DNA of 58,018 bases, counting the filler, from Squatina squatina (lineage: Eukaryota), in assembly GCA_031763465.1 (NCBI GenBank). It is 3 parts of 3 records of this genome, joined end to end, with 100 filler letters (N's around TTAATTAATTAA, not from the genome) between each part and the next. Parts side by side here need not be neighbours in the genome. Positions count along the whole stretch, not along the records: positions 33,480 to 58,018 come from JARFOE010000115.1; 2 more parts are not named here. One strand, written 5' to 3'. Under the pieces are notes generated by a model that worked only from the letters and a program-made list of their open reading frames with translations, was not told the DNA's origin and ran no database searches. A program made the translations under genes and the position numbers. Below, one piece after another: positions 34,813 to 48,900 of this stretch (position 1 is the stretch's first letter; every line of letters begins with the position of its first letter).

Positions 34813-37800
34813 GTATGCATGTCAATGTATGCGTATAATGATGTGCGGACTAGACAGAGGAAGATAAAGGAGAAAGTTACATTTGAATTATACTCTATTC
34901 CTCCATTTCTCTTTCTCTGTATATAGTAAAAACAATCATCATAATATATTTCTATTATGCAATACTTCTCTTTCTTCTTTCGCTCTCTATATATTCCTTA
35001 TTCGCGTCAGACAGCCTTTGAGGAAAACTTGGACATTAGCCATATTGACTGGACTTCAAGAGTTGCATTTTCATATAATTTTTAATAACTGAACTCTTGT
35101 CTCAGATCAATAGCGTTGTTTCCCGTTTTTTGTGCACTAAACATGATCTTCTCGTGTATCTCAAACATCTGAGATAATTGGGCAAAACATTGGGCATGTA
35201 CCATTCCAGATTCACATGAACTCTGTCCATCTTGTTTTATTATATTTTCAGCCTATAACTTCGCCGCTTCTTTGATCAAAGTTGACATTAAATTTTCCCG
35301 TTGATAATTGCATAACTTCAATTTAATTGAGAACCAATACGTTCCAGGTAAACAGCGAAAATTGGGGTTAAATATCATTAATGAGGCGGTTTTAAACGAT
35401 TCTAATCTCTGTGATAGATTTGAATGTTCACGTTAAGGTCGGAGACTTTAATTATGAATCATGATTAATAAAATTAAAATAATATTTTTAAAGAATAAAA
35501 CAAACTAATTAATGAATTGTCGCTGGCTCGATTGGCAAACTCTTATTTCCTTTGCTGAACAAATGTTAATTTGATTGGATTTACATACATCATTCAACAT
35601 TTATTGTTACAACTTTCTTAGAGGACAAAAGGGTGAAGAAAGTGAAAGATAAGTTTGCATGATATTCAATTATTGTCGGAAAAAATTAATGATTTAACAA
35701 TAGGGCACTTTGATTTCTGCGTGCTCCCTCAGAAACGACCTGTGCAGTCACCTTAAGTTTGGCATTAAAAGTAAAACGGTAAAAAGAGCAGGTAAATTAA
35801 ACTTCACACGTTTTCCACACATCGGAGATCTTGCTGTCCTGATTCAAATTGGTATAAACTGGTTGGTGCTTGAGGACAATACCTCTGAGACTTTCACAAT
35901 TAATGTTCACAGTAAACTGGACCAGGTTCATATGACCGCATCAGTGTAAACATTGCCCAAACATTTTCCCGGCCTGTTCGCTGACCATTTAACCCTCAGG
36001 TCTAATCTACTGTATCCTTACACAGGTTCATGCTATGTCCTGTTGCTCAAGCCCACATCGGTAGATAGTGAAAGAATCCGCTGCAGCTACAACACAGTGC
36101 ATTTCTTTTGAGTGCAAAACTGATTTTCTGCAATCTGTTTTATGCACTCAGTAAGGTTATACACTTGGCAGGAGTGAAGAGAAAGTTTGCTACAGTACGA
36201 GATCTAATTAATCTGGAAAAGGCGATATTTACAATAATGGCACTCAAGGATTTCTTGATGAGCTTCCTTAACACATAACTGGCTCGACTCTAGCTGAGCG
36301 ATGGGCAGTTAACTGATTAGCATCTGCAGTGGTGAGGATAGTGATAATGAGTGGAGAGCCATACACTTAACAGAAATGGCTGCCATAAAATGAGCAGGGG
36401 AACGTGCTGGTTATAAACCATCTCTATCTCTACTCAATCAAGCCATTTATTATATATCTCCCTTATTTATATCTAGTGGAGTAAGCTTCCCCCATGTATG
36501 GCAAAACATCAGAGCCACAGCGCGCGTCATAAGTATCACCTGTATAAGTATCATTAGTATAACTATGACTAGTGAACCCGACAGACCTGATTTAGATAGA
36601 AAAACAAGCACATTTTTAAATGCTGCACCTCTATGGCTTGTTTTCACCAAAGCAAATATTTTCTAACGAAAACCCCAANNNNNNNNNNTCAAGTGAAAAT
36701 CATACATTTCCCCAATGAGTTAACTCTTCTAAGCCTAAAAAGGTTTTATTTTAGTGAAACAATTTGCCACACTTTCCCTTATGTATACACACACACAGAA
36801 AACATTACAGAACACAAAGCGGCTAAGTTATGTATAGGACGCATGAATCATGGCTCCATTTACAGCGCATTCACACAGTCCTGAAAAGATTAATATTCGC
36901 TTTAAAAATCACTGACACACTTGACCCCGATAAGGTCAGTCGCCAACAAAACTTCAAGTGATTTGGATCAAGATTGAATTGACTTCAATAATTGATTGGA
37001 ACTTTTTAAAAGACATTCTAACACGATGCGTGTCTGTGGTGACCTCTTAAAAAAAGGGCCGTGGGGGTGGGGCTGACTTATCTCCAAAAAGTGAGTGAGG
37101 AAATGTTAAGATTTATTAGATTCCGTTACATGAAAGGGTTCTTTTCATTTTGTACCGAGCTCTAGACGCCATTGAAGCATGCCAGGTAGCANNNNNNNNN
37201 NNNNNNNNNNNNNNNNNNNNNNNNNNNNNNNNNNNNNNNNNNNNNNNNNNNNNNNNNNNNNNNNNNNNNNNNNNNNNNNNNNNNNNNNNNNNNNNNNNNN
37301 NNNNNNNNNNNNNNNNNNNNNNNNNNNNNNNNNNNNNNNNNNNNNNNNNNNNNNNNNNNNNNNNNNNNNNNNNNNNNNNNNNNNNNNNNNNNNNNNNNNN
37401 NNNNNNNNNNNNNNNNNNNNNNNNNNNNNNNNNNNNNNNNNNNNNNNNNNNNNNNNNNNNNNNNNNNNNNNNNNNNNNNNNNNNNNNNNNNNNNNNNNNN
37501 NNNNNNNNNNNNNNNNNNNNNNNNNNNNNNNNNNNNNNNNNNNNNNNNNNNNNNNNNNNNNNNNNNNNNNNNNNNNNNNNNNNNNNNNNNNNNNNNNNNN
37601 NNNNNNNNNNNNNNNNNNNNNNNNNNNNNNNNNNNNNNNNNNNNNNNNNNNNNNNNNNNNNNNNNNNNNNNNNNNNNNNNNNNNNNNNNNNNNNNNNNNN
37701 NNNNNNNNNNNNNNNNNNNNNNNNNNNNACGTGCCTCCAAAAGCAACTACTTGTTTTATGGTTATAACTGAAAAAAAATACATTTAGCACCAGCTAAAGA

Positions 37801-38253
37801 TATATTGAGTTCACATTTTCATCACGCAGTGTTGTATGATTTAGTTTCAAATAAAGAACGCAATAAATATATTCGAATCTCTCGCCACCTCCAGACAGAA
37901 CAAAGATAATTGTACTGAGACGAACTTTTCAGAAGTTATTTGACTGAAGGAGCTTCACAGATTCTGTGGCATAAAATATTTGTTGAGGAGAAAGGGAAGG
38001 GGAGGGAGGGGAGGCTCGTTAGCGCCTTGGTTATTTTTCATTGACTGCTTTCCCCTTTTTAGCTTCACAGATCAAAAGGAAAGAAAAAACAAGTTGGCGA
38101 CCCGAAGATGTACATTGTTAGAATGACAAGCTGACGATCCCCCAGAGAAGCCGCGAGAGAATGCTTCCACCATCGGAAGTGGCTGCATGGCAAGCGAAAA
38201 CTCACTTTTCAAGCTCTTGAAAGTCATTGTCTTTCGGGCTTACCATACAGTAG

Positions 38254-38267
38254 ATTGTCATGGCAAC
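38254..38267. promoter_or_regulatory. RFX X-box motif
   Basis: ATTGTCATGGCAAC matches the X-box consensus GTTGCCATGGCAAC at 12 of 14 positions. Function untested. Confidence 0.35.
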
Positions 38268-41062
38268 GCAACCTGCTGGTGTTACAAAGAGTTTAAAATG
38301 TTGAAAGGCAGCTGAACTGACTAGAGTAAAGAGCAACAGAATAAACAGTATTTTGATTCATTTCGAGGGTTACAAAAAAAAAGCAGACCATGAATACCGG
38401 CATTGTCCATGCTTTTCTAAATCTGATTCACCATATCATAACCCCTAGGAAGAAGAAAACATCAATATCGCGAAAGGAAAGAAGATGTTTCTATGGAAAA
38501 CCTAGGAATTTACTCCATAACAGATCTGGTGAAAAATCAAAGAGATCAAAGCGAACGCTCCTGGGAGTTAGATGCGGCTCTGAATCAAAGATGTACGAGG
38601 TGGACTCCAAAGTGCTTGGCTTCATTTCAAGTCTGAATCCCAATTTCAAGGGAAATGCTGTCGAAACTTCACCCCCCCAAATCAGTCAAAACCAACACTT
38701 CAGCAGGTGCTGATGAAGGCATAAACATCGCATCAGTCTGGCCAATGTGCATGCATGACATTCAAATAAGAGTGTTAGAGCCCGTACATTATTACTACTN
38801 NNNNNNNNNNNNNNNNNNNNNNNNNNNNNNNNNNNNNNNNNNNNNNNNNNNNNNNNNNNNNNNNNNNNNNNNNNNNNNNNNNNNNNNNNNNNNNNNNNNN
38901 NNNNNNNNNNNNNNNNNNNNNNNNNNNNNNNNNNNNNNNNNNNNNNNNNNNNNNNNNNNNNNNNNNNNNNNNNNNNNNNNNNNNNNNNNNNNNNNNNNNN
39001 NNNNNNNNNNNNNNNNNNNNNNNNNNNNNNNNNNNNNNNNNNNNNNNNNNNNNNNNNNNNNNNNNNNNNNNNNNNNNNNNNNNNNNNNNNNNNNNNNNNN
39101 NNNNNNNNNNNNNNNNNNNNNNNNNNNNNNNNNNNNNNNNNNNNNNNNNNNNNNNNNNNNNNNNNNNNNNNNNNNNNNNNNNNNNNNNNNNNNNNNNNNN
39201 NNNNNNNNNNNTTGGTTTTATTTTGTATGATTGGAATGATTACAAACTAATAACTACAAAATAAAAATAAAAGTGAACGTGTTTATTGTTCGGCCAAATT
39301 CAGCTTTTCAATAACTTAGGAAGAAAGATAATATTGAAAATAGAAAACTTTTAAACCTGATCTTAGCCAAAATTGGGAAACAATACAGCCAATTATGGCC
39401 TGGCAGGAAGTTCCAATTGCGTGGAGAGATGCCGAAAGGGGCGGCACTCTGGTATCTTCGACACGAGAGAAAACGTTTGCCCAAATCAAAAGTTGATAAT
39501 TTTCATAAAATTCAAGGGAAACAATGAAAATGCTAGCAGTAATATTGCAGCAGGGCCAACAACAACCGCACAATCAACACTGTTCTCAGCTCAGTCTATT
39601 TTTAATAGAGTATAAAAAATCCTTTCTAAGCAAAGACGAACCACTCGAAAAAGGAGTTAGGGAATCTTTACTTAAAACCACATCTTGTGCAGATATAAAC
39701 GACTACTATTTGAAAACCGTTCGAAAATTCAATTTGACGTATTTGAAACTTTTGCTAGATGGTTTCTTAATTGTATTTTGTATATTATTTAGGTCATTAT
39801 AGACCGTAATTAACAGTTGTGCGACATTTCCACAAAGACTGTGCAGGTGGACACGACGTGCACAACATTTTTCTTCTGTGCATCTATCTATAGATATAAG
39901 AAAAGTAGATCGATAGATTATAGATAGGGTCATGTTGATCTCCAATCGCCGCTAGCGAAGATGCATTTTCAGCAGATTTGCCGTGGTAGAGTTAGTTTGT
40001 GGGATATCTCTAGTACAGATTAGGTCGGCCGACAAGGGATACTATATCTTATTTTAAGGATGTTGGATAAGTGTATGTATAAGAAACAAGTGTTACTTGC
40101 AGGTCAGAAAGAGAGCCCTAAGTAAACACGGTTCACAGAAGTCTAAACCCTTTGTGGTGCCTGTGCAGCTGGCCAGCCTCCCATTGTCCTGAACTAGACC
40201 AAGTGGAAGATCCCCGCTGAACCTTACCAAGTGAATGCACAAAAACAGATTGGGATGTTCTGCATGCATGGGCAACAATGCGGTCCAGACTCCTCCCTTT
40301 CCCCCGCTCCTGTTGGAGGGATGACACTCCAGACAGTTGCTGACCATCACAAAAGCCTGCCCTGCTNNNNNNNNNNNNNNNNNNNNNNNNNNNNNNNNNN
40401 NNNNNNNNNNNNNNNNNNNNNNNNNNNNNNNNNNNNNNNNNNNNNNNNNNNNNNNNNNNNNNNNNNTTCCTTCTGTCTTTTATTTCTCTCTCGCTTAACC
40501 CCTCTCTTTATTGCTCTTTCTGTACCTGATTTTACATCAAATTCCCCCACTCTAATTTATACTTCCTTCTCAATCCTTGTGCTGCTAATTTCACAATCTG
40601 ATTGGTTAAGGAGGTACACAGTTTCTTGCCCTGTTCACTCAGGTCCCAGATGCCCCATTTCCCTCAGTTACCATCTCGCACTTTAAGCAGTTTACCATGC
40701 AAAAATATTAAAAGTCTAAACATGCAAGGGGCAAGTTTAATTAACGGCAGCTGCCATCAGATGACCTGCTACAACAAATTATCACCCATTAAAATGTTCA
40801 TTTTTAATACAAAACAGATACTATTTTTATTAAAAAGTTGACAGCCTGGGTGTCTTTTAAACATCATTTAAACCATTGTAATGTTAGCATAGTGCTGATG
40901 GCCCAGTCAGTTCTACTCTAACATTAAAACATTGGCATTTGGATGTTCACATAGCTCCATTTTTCTTGGTCAAAGAACCATGTATAGCTAGTGGTATAAC
41001 TCAGGTCTAGCAGGTCATCACTGTAAATCTACTGATCTTAAAATGATACCTGTAGTATAATA

Positions 41063-41450
41063 AGGGAATGGTTGTCTAGTGGTTATGGTACAGGAATAGC
41101 AACCCAGAACACGTAAATTCAAATTCCACCATGACATTTTGAGAATTTGAATTCAGTCCAATAAATCTGATATCGGTAATAGTGATCATGAATCTGTCTA
41201 ATTGTCATAAAAACCCAATGGGTTCATTAATTTCCTTGAGAGAATAAAACCTTACCTGGTCTGGCCTATCTGTGACTTCAGTACCACACCAGCGTGATTG
41301 ACTCTTAGCTACTTTCTGAAGTGGTCTAGCAAGCCACACAGTTGTATCAAAGCTGGTATCAGTGGTTCAAGGCAGCAGCCCACCACGACCTTAGGGTAAC
41401 TTGGGATGGGCAATAAATGACAGCCTTGCCAACAAGGTCCGCAACCTGTA
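41063..41450 (+). mobile_element. Full-length tRNA-derived SINE
   Basis: A-box-like tggttgtctagtgg and B-box-like attcaaattcc at the head; the 3' tail gggatgggcaataaatg..gccttgcca is shared with the LINE at 14135-14625. Confidence 0.75.
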
Positions 41451-41514
41451 TGTGAACACATAATGAGTAACAGGGCGTTAATGACGTTTTAGTGCCACTT
41501 GGGTATTGACTCAC

Positions 41515-41555
41515 AATTTATCCTCTTCAATTTCAAAATCCATGTCGCTGAACAT
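41515..41555 (-). CDS. PICK1: PICK1 (protein interacting with C kinase 1), first coding exon; whole exon spans 41515-41593
   Basis: Acceptor ttcttctccacag| at 41594, ACAATG start, 41 coding nt MFSDMDFEIEEDK(L), then |GTGAGT. Matches the PICK1 N-terminus MFADLDYDIEEDKL (recalled). Confidence 0.88.
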
Positions 41556-44184
41556 TGTATCAGCCTCCGTCAGCCTCCTGCTGCTTCTGGTCTCTGTGGA
41601 GAAGAACATTTCATGAGTGGGACCAAAGGTCCATGCTCGGTGTCGCACTGAAGAGATTAACACATTGTATTCAATCCGCTTCAAACTATTAACATGCTCA
41701 CCCCGGGCAATGCTCATAGCAAATAGGAAAGATGCAAAATTTAATATGCATAGGATCCAAATATTTGGAAAGGAAGTAAAAGACAGAAGTAAAAGGGGAG
41801 GCAAGAATTATCTTGTTAAACAGTAGTTCTTTTTGTCCCAAGTTGTCTCTGTGAAAGTTGGTAGCAGTATCATGACACAAAAAACAAGCATGGACCCACA
41901 CCAATTTCAATCAAGGATCATGAGCTTTTAAAAGCCTTGATGGCTTATTTAGGTGACAGAAAAATTAAGGGAAGCTTAAATGACTTTGAAAGGTTACACG
42001 GGACGCTTTGAATTGCAGCTCTTCAAAAACACTTGTGCTGCTGGAGTTGACTCAAATTGAATAAATGGTAAACATGAAGTAAAAAGGCATGAAAAGCTAG
42101 TTAAAAAGAGACAAAAACAAGTAGACAATGATAAGCAAAGACCACACGGTAACCCAGCTNNNNNNNNNNNNNNNNNNNNNNNNNNNNNNNNNNNNNNNNN
42201 NNNNNNNNNNNNNNNNNNNNNNNNNNNNNNNNNNNNNNNNNNNNNNNNNNNNNNNNNNNNNNNNNNNNNNNNNNNNNNNNNNNNNNNNNNNNNNNNNNNN
42301 NNNNNNNNNNNNNNNNNNNNNNNNNNNNNNNNNNNNNNNNNNNNNNNNNGCCAATTAGTCGAATTGTTAAAAAAACGAGCAAATGCAGCCTTTTTTGAGT
42401 TGTAACTGGGGGGCCTCGGTTTTTCCAAGCTTTTACCAATTTAGTGAAAACAGAATGCGTTTGATGTAGGAGAGAAAGTTACCAGTAATAATAAAACCAA
42501 TAGATTGCAGACTAAACCTACACAGTGGACAAAGAACACAACGTAAAGTAAATCTAGGCTAAAGCTTGTGCCTAATACACAAACACACTTTGTGACTAAA
42601 TCTAAACAGTTGTCCAATAAAAGTGAAATTCTTCACCTCACTTGGACTCTATATAATCTTAGATGATAAAGCTAATTTAAATTGATGCCATTTAATTATT
42701 TAGTGTGTTTTAGTTAAAATCCTTTCTTCAGCATGAGTTAGGATTTAAAACAGAAGGGCGGGATTCGTTTTAAATATTTAGTGATTAATACAACTAGTTA
42801 CATAAATGTAAAAAGAAATCTGAGTATTTTTGGTAGCCGTTTTGTTTTATTTTGTCTCCATGTCGTTGGTAAATTTCCGTCCTGATATAACGGTTTCTGT
42901 ACTGTCCCCCAGTTTCTGAGCATATCTGACCTCCTGAATCCATTTTTCAGGGTCCAAAAATGTATAAAACTTCCGTTTAAAAAAAATCCTGTGTGAATAT
43001 GGCCCTATTGTGCTGGTTAGAATGGGTAATAAACCTATGGTGATGGGCATTCAGTCATATTCACTTGATTTGTGAAATGAATGTGTTGCAACAAAAAGCC
43101 AGAAAGACTTCTGAATTTTCGCGGTTGTTAAGAGAACCGTGCAAACGTTTTGCATAGCCTTTAGCAACAACAAAAAAAAGATGCTTTCACCTATTTAATT
43201 TTCTATGGACAGCGTAGGTTTGAATAATTTTGAGGCATGATAATTCTTAAAATAAATGTAGATTGAATTANNNNNNNNNNNNNNNNNNNNNNNNNNNNNN
43301 NNNNNNNNNNNNNNNNNNNNNNNNNNNNNNNNNNNNNNNNNNNNNNNNNNNNNNNNNNNNNNNNNNNNNNGCATGGAGGCTGTTGCTATGTTCCCTACCA
43401 ACAGGAACATCTGGGTAACAGAAAAAGGAACCTCATGGCAGTGTCACAGAACACTGGGCTGTCAATGTAATTCTCAAGAAGTATAGTTCCAAGACTGTTC
43501 AAATTATGGGGTCAAAGACGCTTCAAAGGAGTGTGGGGTGACAGATGTAAAAAAGTTATGGTGAACATGAACACTAGGGAGGAAACTGTGGCAGCACGGA
43601 GAGACCTAGTACTCAGAAAGAATACCGGCCATTCAAAGCATAGAAGACGAGAAAATAAAGAGCATATTTCTTCCCCTGCAAATAAACAGATGTCTCAATT
43701 TTCTGACACTTCATTCCCCCCTCCCCATTGTGAGAAATAAAATATACCTGAGCCTGATGGAATGCCTACAGTGCCGATGGAACACATTTAAAACCCCATG
43801 GATGCTATTATAAAATATTAGTGTGCTCAGTTCTCATTTGGAGTTACGATTTTACTGTTGTTTTATGGCGCTGCTCTGAAGTGAATCTATACATAATTCC
43901 TTTTGCATTTTCTTTGCTAATTTTGTTCCTCCCCTCCTCTCATTTGTTAGTTATTTCTCCTTGTTGAGTTTGTACCCTCGGTGCACCATTTTCTGATTGT
44001 GCACCTGATCCGCTGATCTCAGCTCAGGCCACAATCCGCTCATGTCGGTACTAGGCTATAACAAAGGATTTAATATATTTTTTAACTTTACCCCTCTGTT
44101 TCTAAAAGCAACAGCTCCTACTGCGCAATAGAACCATCAACAGCGGCGCTACCTCATCTAAATGACTGCTCGTCATGTGTGCAT

Positions 44185-44268
44185 TTTGTTTGATAACGCT
44201 CCTGTGAAGCGCCTTAGAATGTTTCAACATTAAAAGCACTATATAAATGCAAGTTGTTGCTGTTGTTA
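44185..44268 (+). mobile_element. L2-type LINE 3' tail
   Basis: tttgtttgataacgctcctgtgaagcgcctt...ctatataaatgcaagttgttg is the reverse complement of the start of 45560-45970. Confidence 0.75.
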
Positions 44269-45559
44269 TGTCTGGGCAGTCGATCGCGGTGGGCTAGTCA
44301 ACCATGGGAGTCATCACAGCCAAGCCTGGTCGTGCCCTCACCCAATAGTCACATAATGACACACACAGGCATTTTCCCAGCAGAGATCAGCATGCAGTAA
44401 TCTCGAGTAGGATTTCTGTCTGATTATTTTCTCCTTACCCTATCCTCGTACTGCTGAAGCCATCTATAGCACCCACTGTCATCCTGACTAAAAGCATTCA
44501 ACNNNNNNNNNNNNNNNNNNNNNNNNNNNNNNNNNNNNNNNNNNNNNNNNNNNNNNNNNNNNNNNNNNNNNNNNNNNNNNNNNNNNNNNNNNNNNNNNNN
44601 NNACAGATATCTGTGGCTATAATTGCAGCACACACTGAATGTGTAGAAAGAAAATATGAGGCTCCAAATTTCATCACATTGTACATAATAAACATCTGAA
44701 TAATTAAAATGTACATAAATCACAGCAAATGCAGTAATAAGAAAAGAACATCACCTTCGATTGATTGACATAATATAGCTTGTCACTTTATCCACACAAT
44801 ATCTTATGAATTTGGATTTTTGTGTTGAATCAGGGCAACAATACACCAAAATGGTCCGTTCTTTTTTAAGTTGCTGAACTAAATACAGGCTGAATCTAGA
44901 TCCAGGATAAAAACGGAAAACATTAGCAAACAAATTAGACATAAGGAATACTTTTATTTTGTCCTCTGGAGCCAGTTCTGTTTACTCTAATTTCAAATTA
45001 TTCCTTATGCTACTAATGAGGGCTGACGTCATTCAACTAATATACTTGTTTTTTTTTAGATAGGTCTGGAAGGACTCAATATTATCGTTGCCCTTTTCTA
45101 CGCACATCTGCGTGTGTTCATCTGTGTGTGCGTNNNNNNNNNNNNNNNNNNNNNNNNNNNNNNNNNNNNNNNNNNNNNNNNNNNNNNNNNNNNNNNNNNN
45201 NNNNNNNNNNNNNNNNNNNNNNNNNNNNNNNNNATTACAAATCAGTTATTAGACTGCTTCACTTCTGCTTCTGTTAATAAGGACTGGACTTGTGGCTCTT
45301 GACTTGTTCATGTTACAGGTTATTCCATTCCATCATCGTGAATTTAATTTAGGTGATGAGCAAAAAAGTCTCGTACTGCTGGGGATTAAATCAGTCGAGT
45401 AACATTACTGTATCACAGTCAGTTCTAGTCTATAGTGCTTTCCGCCTCTAGGCTGTTCACCTAATCTCCCTGCAACTCCATTAGTTTGCCCTTTCCTTTG
45501 GCTGGTTATGCTGATTTCTACATTGTTTTAGATAGGGACTTTCCAATATTCATTCAAAA

Positions 45560-45970
45560 CAACTATTACACCTACATAGTACATTTAACGTAGTAAAACA
45601 TCCTAAGGCGCTTCACAGGAGCGTTATCAAACAAATTTGACACTAGGCCATACGAGGAGATGTTAGGGCAGATGACCAAAAGCTTGGTCAAAGAGATAGG
45701 TTTTAAGGAGCATCTAAAAGGAGGTAAGAGAGGTAGAGAGGTGGAGAGGTTCAGGGAGAGAATTCCAGAGCTTAGGGCCTAGGCAGCTGAAGGCACGGCT
45801 GCCAATGCTGGAGCCATGAAAATCAGAGATGCGCAAGAGGCCAGAATTGGAAGAGCGCAGAGATCTTGGAGGTTTGTAGGGCTGGAGGAGGTCACAATGA
45901 TACAGAGAAGCAAGGCTATGAAAGGATTTGAAAACAAGGATGAGAATTTTAAAATCGAGGAGTTGACAGA
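45560..45970 (-). mobile_element. L2-type LINE 3' fragment
   Basis: FKILILVFKSFHSLA...RSLRSSNSGLL...GSRAFSCLGPKLWNSLP is the L2 ORF2 C-terminus. Confidence 0.85.
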
Positions 45971-48900
45971 CACGAGAGTTTGAGAAATGCATCTATTCAC
46001 TTGATATTCTCATTAGATCCATAGTGAAAATTCCCATCCAGAACCCATTACACTCATGAAGCCTACAATCGATTGTGTGAAATAAAATAACTTATAACTA
46101 ATTAAATAGAATATTCTTTAACTGAAGTAAACAATGGACGAGGTTTTATTATTTGTTGTATTTATTATTCTTTTACCTGCAGTGAACAACATCCCATAAC
46201 ATACACAGATTATTTAAATATGTTATGGAACATTATTGAATAAATTAATGGAAAGGAATAATTTGATTGTTCAAGAGAGCAGACGTTGGTGCCCGATGAT
46301 AGTCGGCATCCCAAAACAAGTATGAAGGATCACAATGTGAGTTCTTAATGGGCTTGCCTTATTCTGAGAATGAATTCCCAAATTGTTCCATCTATTAATG
46401 GATGTAATGAATGCTCCAGCATCTTTTTAATGCCGGAATTGGGGACAGAGAGCTGATTAAAGCACGGGGTGCAGCCAAGTACTTTAATCAGCTCTCAGTC
46501 CACAATTTCAGCATTAAACACACTGGAACATTCATTATAACCATATTCACCGTAGTGCACTCCTCGTTATAACATGCAAAAAAGCTTGGCTCCCAAGCAC
46601 TGTTATAATGAGGGTGGAGTGTAATTATTAAGTACTTTACCTCAGTTTGTGTTCGCTGATTGCTTAAATCTTGCATTTAAAAACTTCTAAGCCTTAATAT
46701 ATTTTAATGATGTGCAACAAACTGAGTTTTAAAACTGAACAGATTTAAAATCTGGCAGTTATAAAGGACTGAGAGATTCAAAACCTGTTCCAAATCACAG
46801 CGGTTTTGGCACAATTCAGGCATAATGATGTTTGAAAAAGCATGTGTGCACTGTAGGTTGGACTAGCGGGTCGATTTCTAAGTGATGTCTTATTTACAGC
46901 AATCTAGGCCTGCTTTAGGCCTACCAGATGCAGTTCGATTCACTTGAAACCAACTCAATGTACTGAATACTTGGCAGTTTGTGTGTTGTTATGTTTAAAA
47001 ATTGGCATTCTATTTTTCTCTTCAGATTTCTACTTTCTTGAATTCTCGTTTTATGTTAGTANNNNNNNNNNNNNNNNNNNNNNNNNNNNNNNNNNNNNNN
47101 NNNNNNNNNNNNNNNNNNNNNNNNNNNNNNNNNNNNNNNNNNNNNNNNNNNNNNNNNNNNNNNNNNNNNNNNNNNNNNNNNNNNNNNNNNNNNNNNNNNN
47201 NNNNNNNNNNNNNNNNNNNNNNNNNNNNNNNNNNNNNNNNCATGGCATTTCATACCTACTGCTGCTTAGTTCATTATATAGAGGCGCACACAGCAGTGTA
47301 CAAAGTATCATTCCCTGTTAATTAAATGAAGTCAAACATTAATTAGTTAGACAAATTGATTTGTCTTTGTAACACTATCGCCAAACTCTTTTTTTGTCCT
47401 CCTCTTAGTTTAGGTTGTATGTGCACTCAGTACCTTAAGTTTCTTTCCCCCCCTTTTTTTCCTCTGATCTGTGTCTGGAGTCGTGTGGAGGGATCTAANN
47501 NNNNNNNNNNNNNNNNNNNNNNNNNNNNNNNNNNNNNNNNNNNNNNNNNNNNNNNNNNNNNNNNNNNNNNNNNNNNNNNNNNNNNNNNNNNNNNNNNNNN
47601 NNNNNNNNNNNNNNNNNNNNNNNNNNNNNNNNNNNNNNNNNNNNNNNNNNNNNNNNNNNNNNNNNNNNNNATAAATGATGTAGCAGTTTGGGAGACCAAT
47701 TTACATAAGTGATATTTGCAGAATTAACCCATATTAGTTGTACAAATGTTGCAGGGGTAAAAAGAACGAGGGGTGGGGGGAGGGTGGACTGGGTGAGTGG
47801 GATNNNNNNNNNNNNNNNNNNNNNNNNNNNNNNNNNNNNNNNNNNNNNNNNNNNNNNNNNNNNNNNNNNNNNNNNNNNNNNNNNNNNNNNNNNNNNNNNN
47901 NNNTCTCTCTGTTGCCCGAGTGGCCACTCTTAATATGTGTGGCTGGACACCAACTATCAGCATGCTCAGCCTGTTCTCACCCAGCAGAGATAAATTTGCA
48001 CTTTCCAGCAAGAGTCACTGGATTGCAATTAAGTGCAAAAGCTTTGGCTAATTTTAGCCTTTCTATTCCAGGGCATGCAGGCCAATTTTAGTGTCTTAGT
48101 TCAGAATAACTAAATCAGTAACTCAACTCAGGATTGGACCTGGGACCTTGGCTTCTTTGGTTTTGAGTCAGCAGGTTAAGAGTCAAAATACAGCATTCCT
48201 GCTAGGTGGTTCTTCTCTATCATGTAGTGGAAAAGTTACAAGTGCCTGCTTCATTACTAAATTCATTGCTTTGTGCATTTAGCAGTACAGTCCAGTTCTC
48301 CCAGAGTGCAAGTTTTCTTTTTAAATGAGTACTGCCAATGCATTGCTCATCTAATACTATCCAGGACATGAGTGCAAAGCCTTTACCTGTTCACCTGGTT
48401 AGAACAGCTGCATTCAGAAATTTATCAACCCTCTGGCAGCATGAGAGATCAGCAGTGATCTAAATTCAAAGACTGGATGTGACTGTATCAGGCCTGTCCT
48501 CAGGACCAACAATTTCACCTTCAGATTAAGAAAGGTTACTCCAATAGAAAAAAGTATGAAGTGAGGGACAAAATGCACAGAGCCTGTATGCTGTTTTCCG
48601 TCTGCTCTGCTATATATTTCAGAGTGACTGGAGCCACAGAAAATACTCTGAAGAAAATTTATAGCAGCCGATGTCACTCATCTGACCACGATGTGGTATG
48701 TGTGTAAATTCATTTTAATTTTGGGTGATGAATTTATCCAGTATTTCTGACAGTCCCATACAAAGTATATGTCTAATCTCAGGTCTAATGGGCAGATGGA
48801 ATTGGAGAACATGAGTCACATTGTAAAGAAGTGTTGAAATAAAACAAGGGTCACATGCTGGGAGGAATGTCAAAAGAGAATGCTGATGTTTTTGTACCAA

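Noticed and set aside
37116-37790. Long ORFs of about 200 aa in the ORF track, and similar ORFs over other gaps
   Set aside because: They are open only because they run through N gaps.
38390-38713. 107-aa plus-strand ORF
   Set aside because: No recognisable domain or homology, and the length is compatible with chance.
41556-41804. N-terminal extension of PICK1 suggested by the 97-aa ORF
   Set aside because: A splice acceptor at 41594 places most of it in an intron, and similarity to PICK1 starts at the ATG at 41555.
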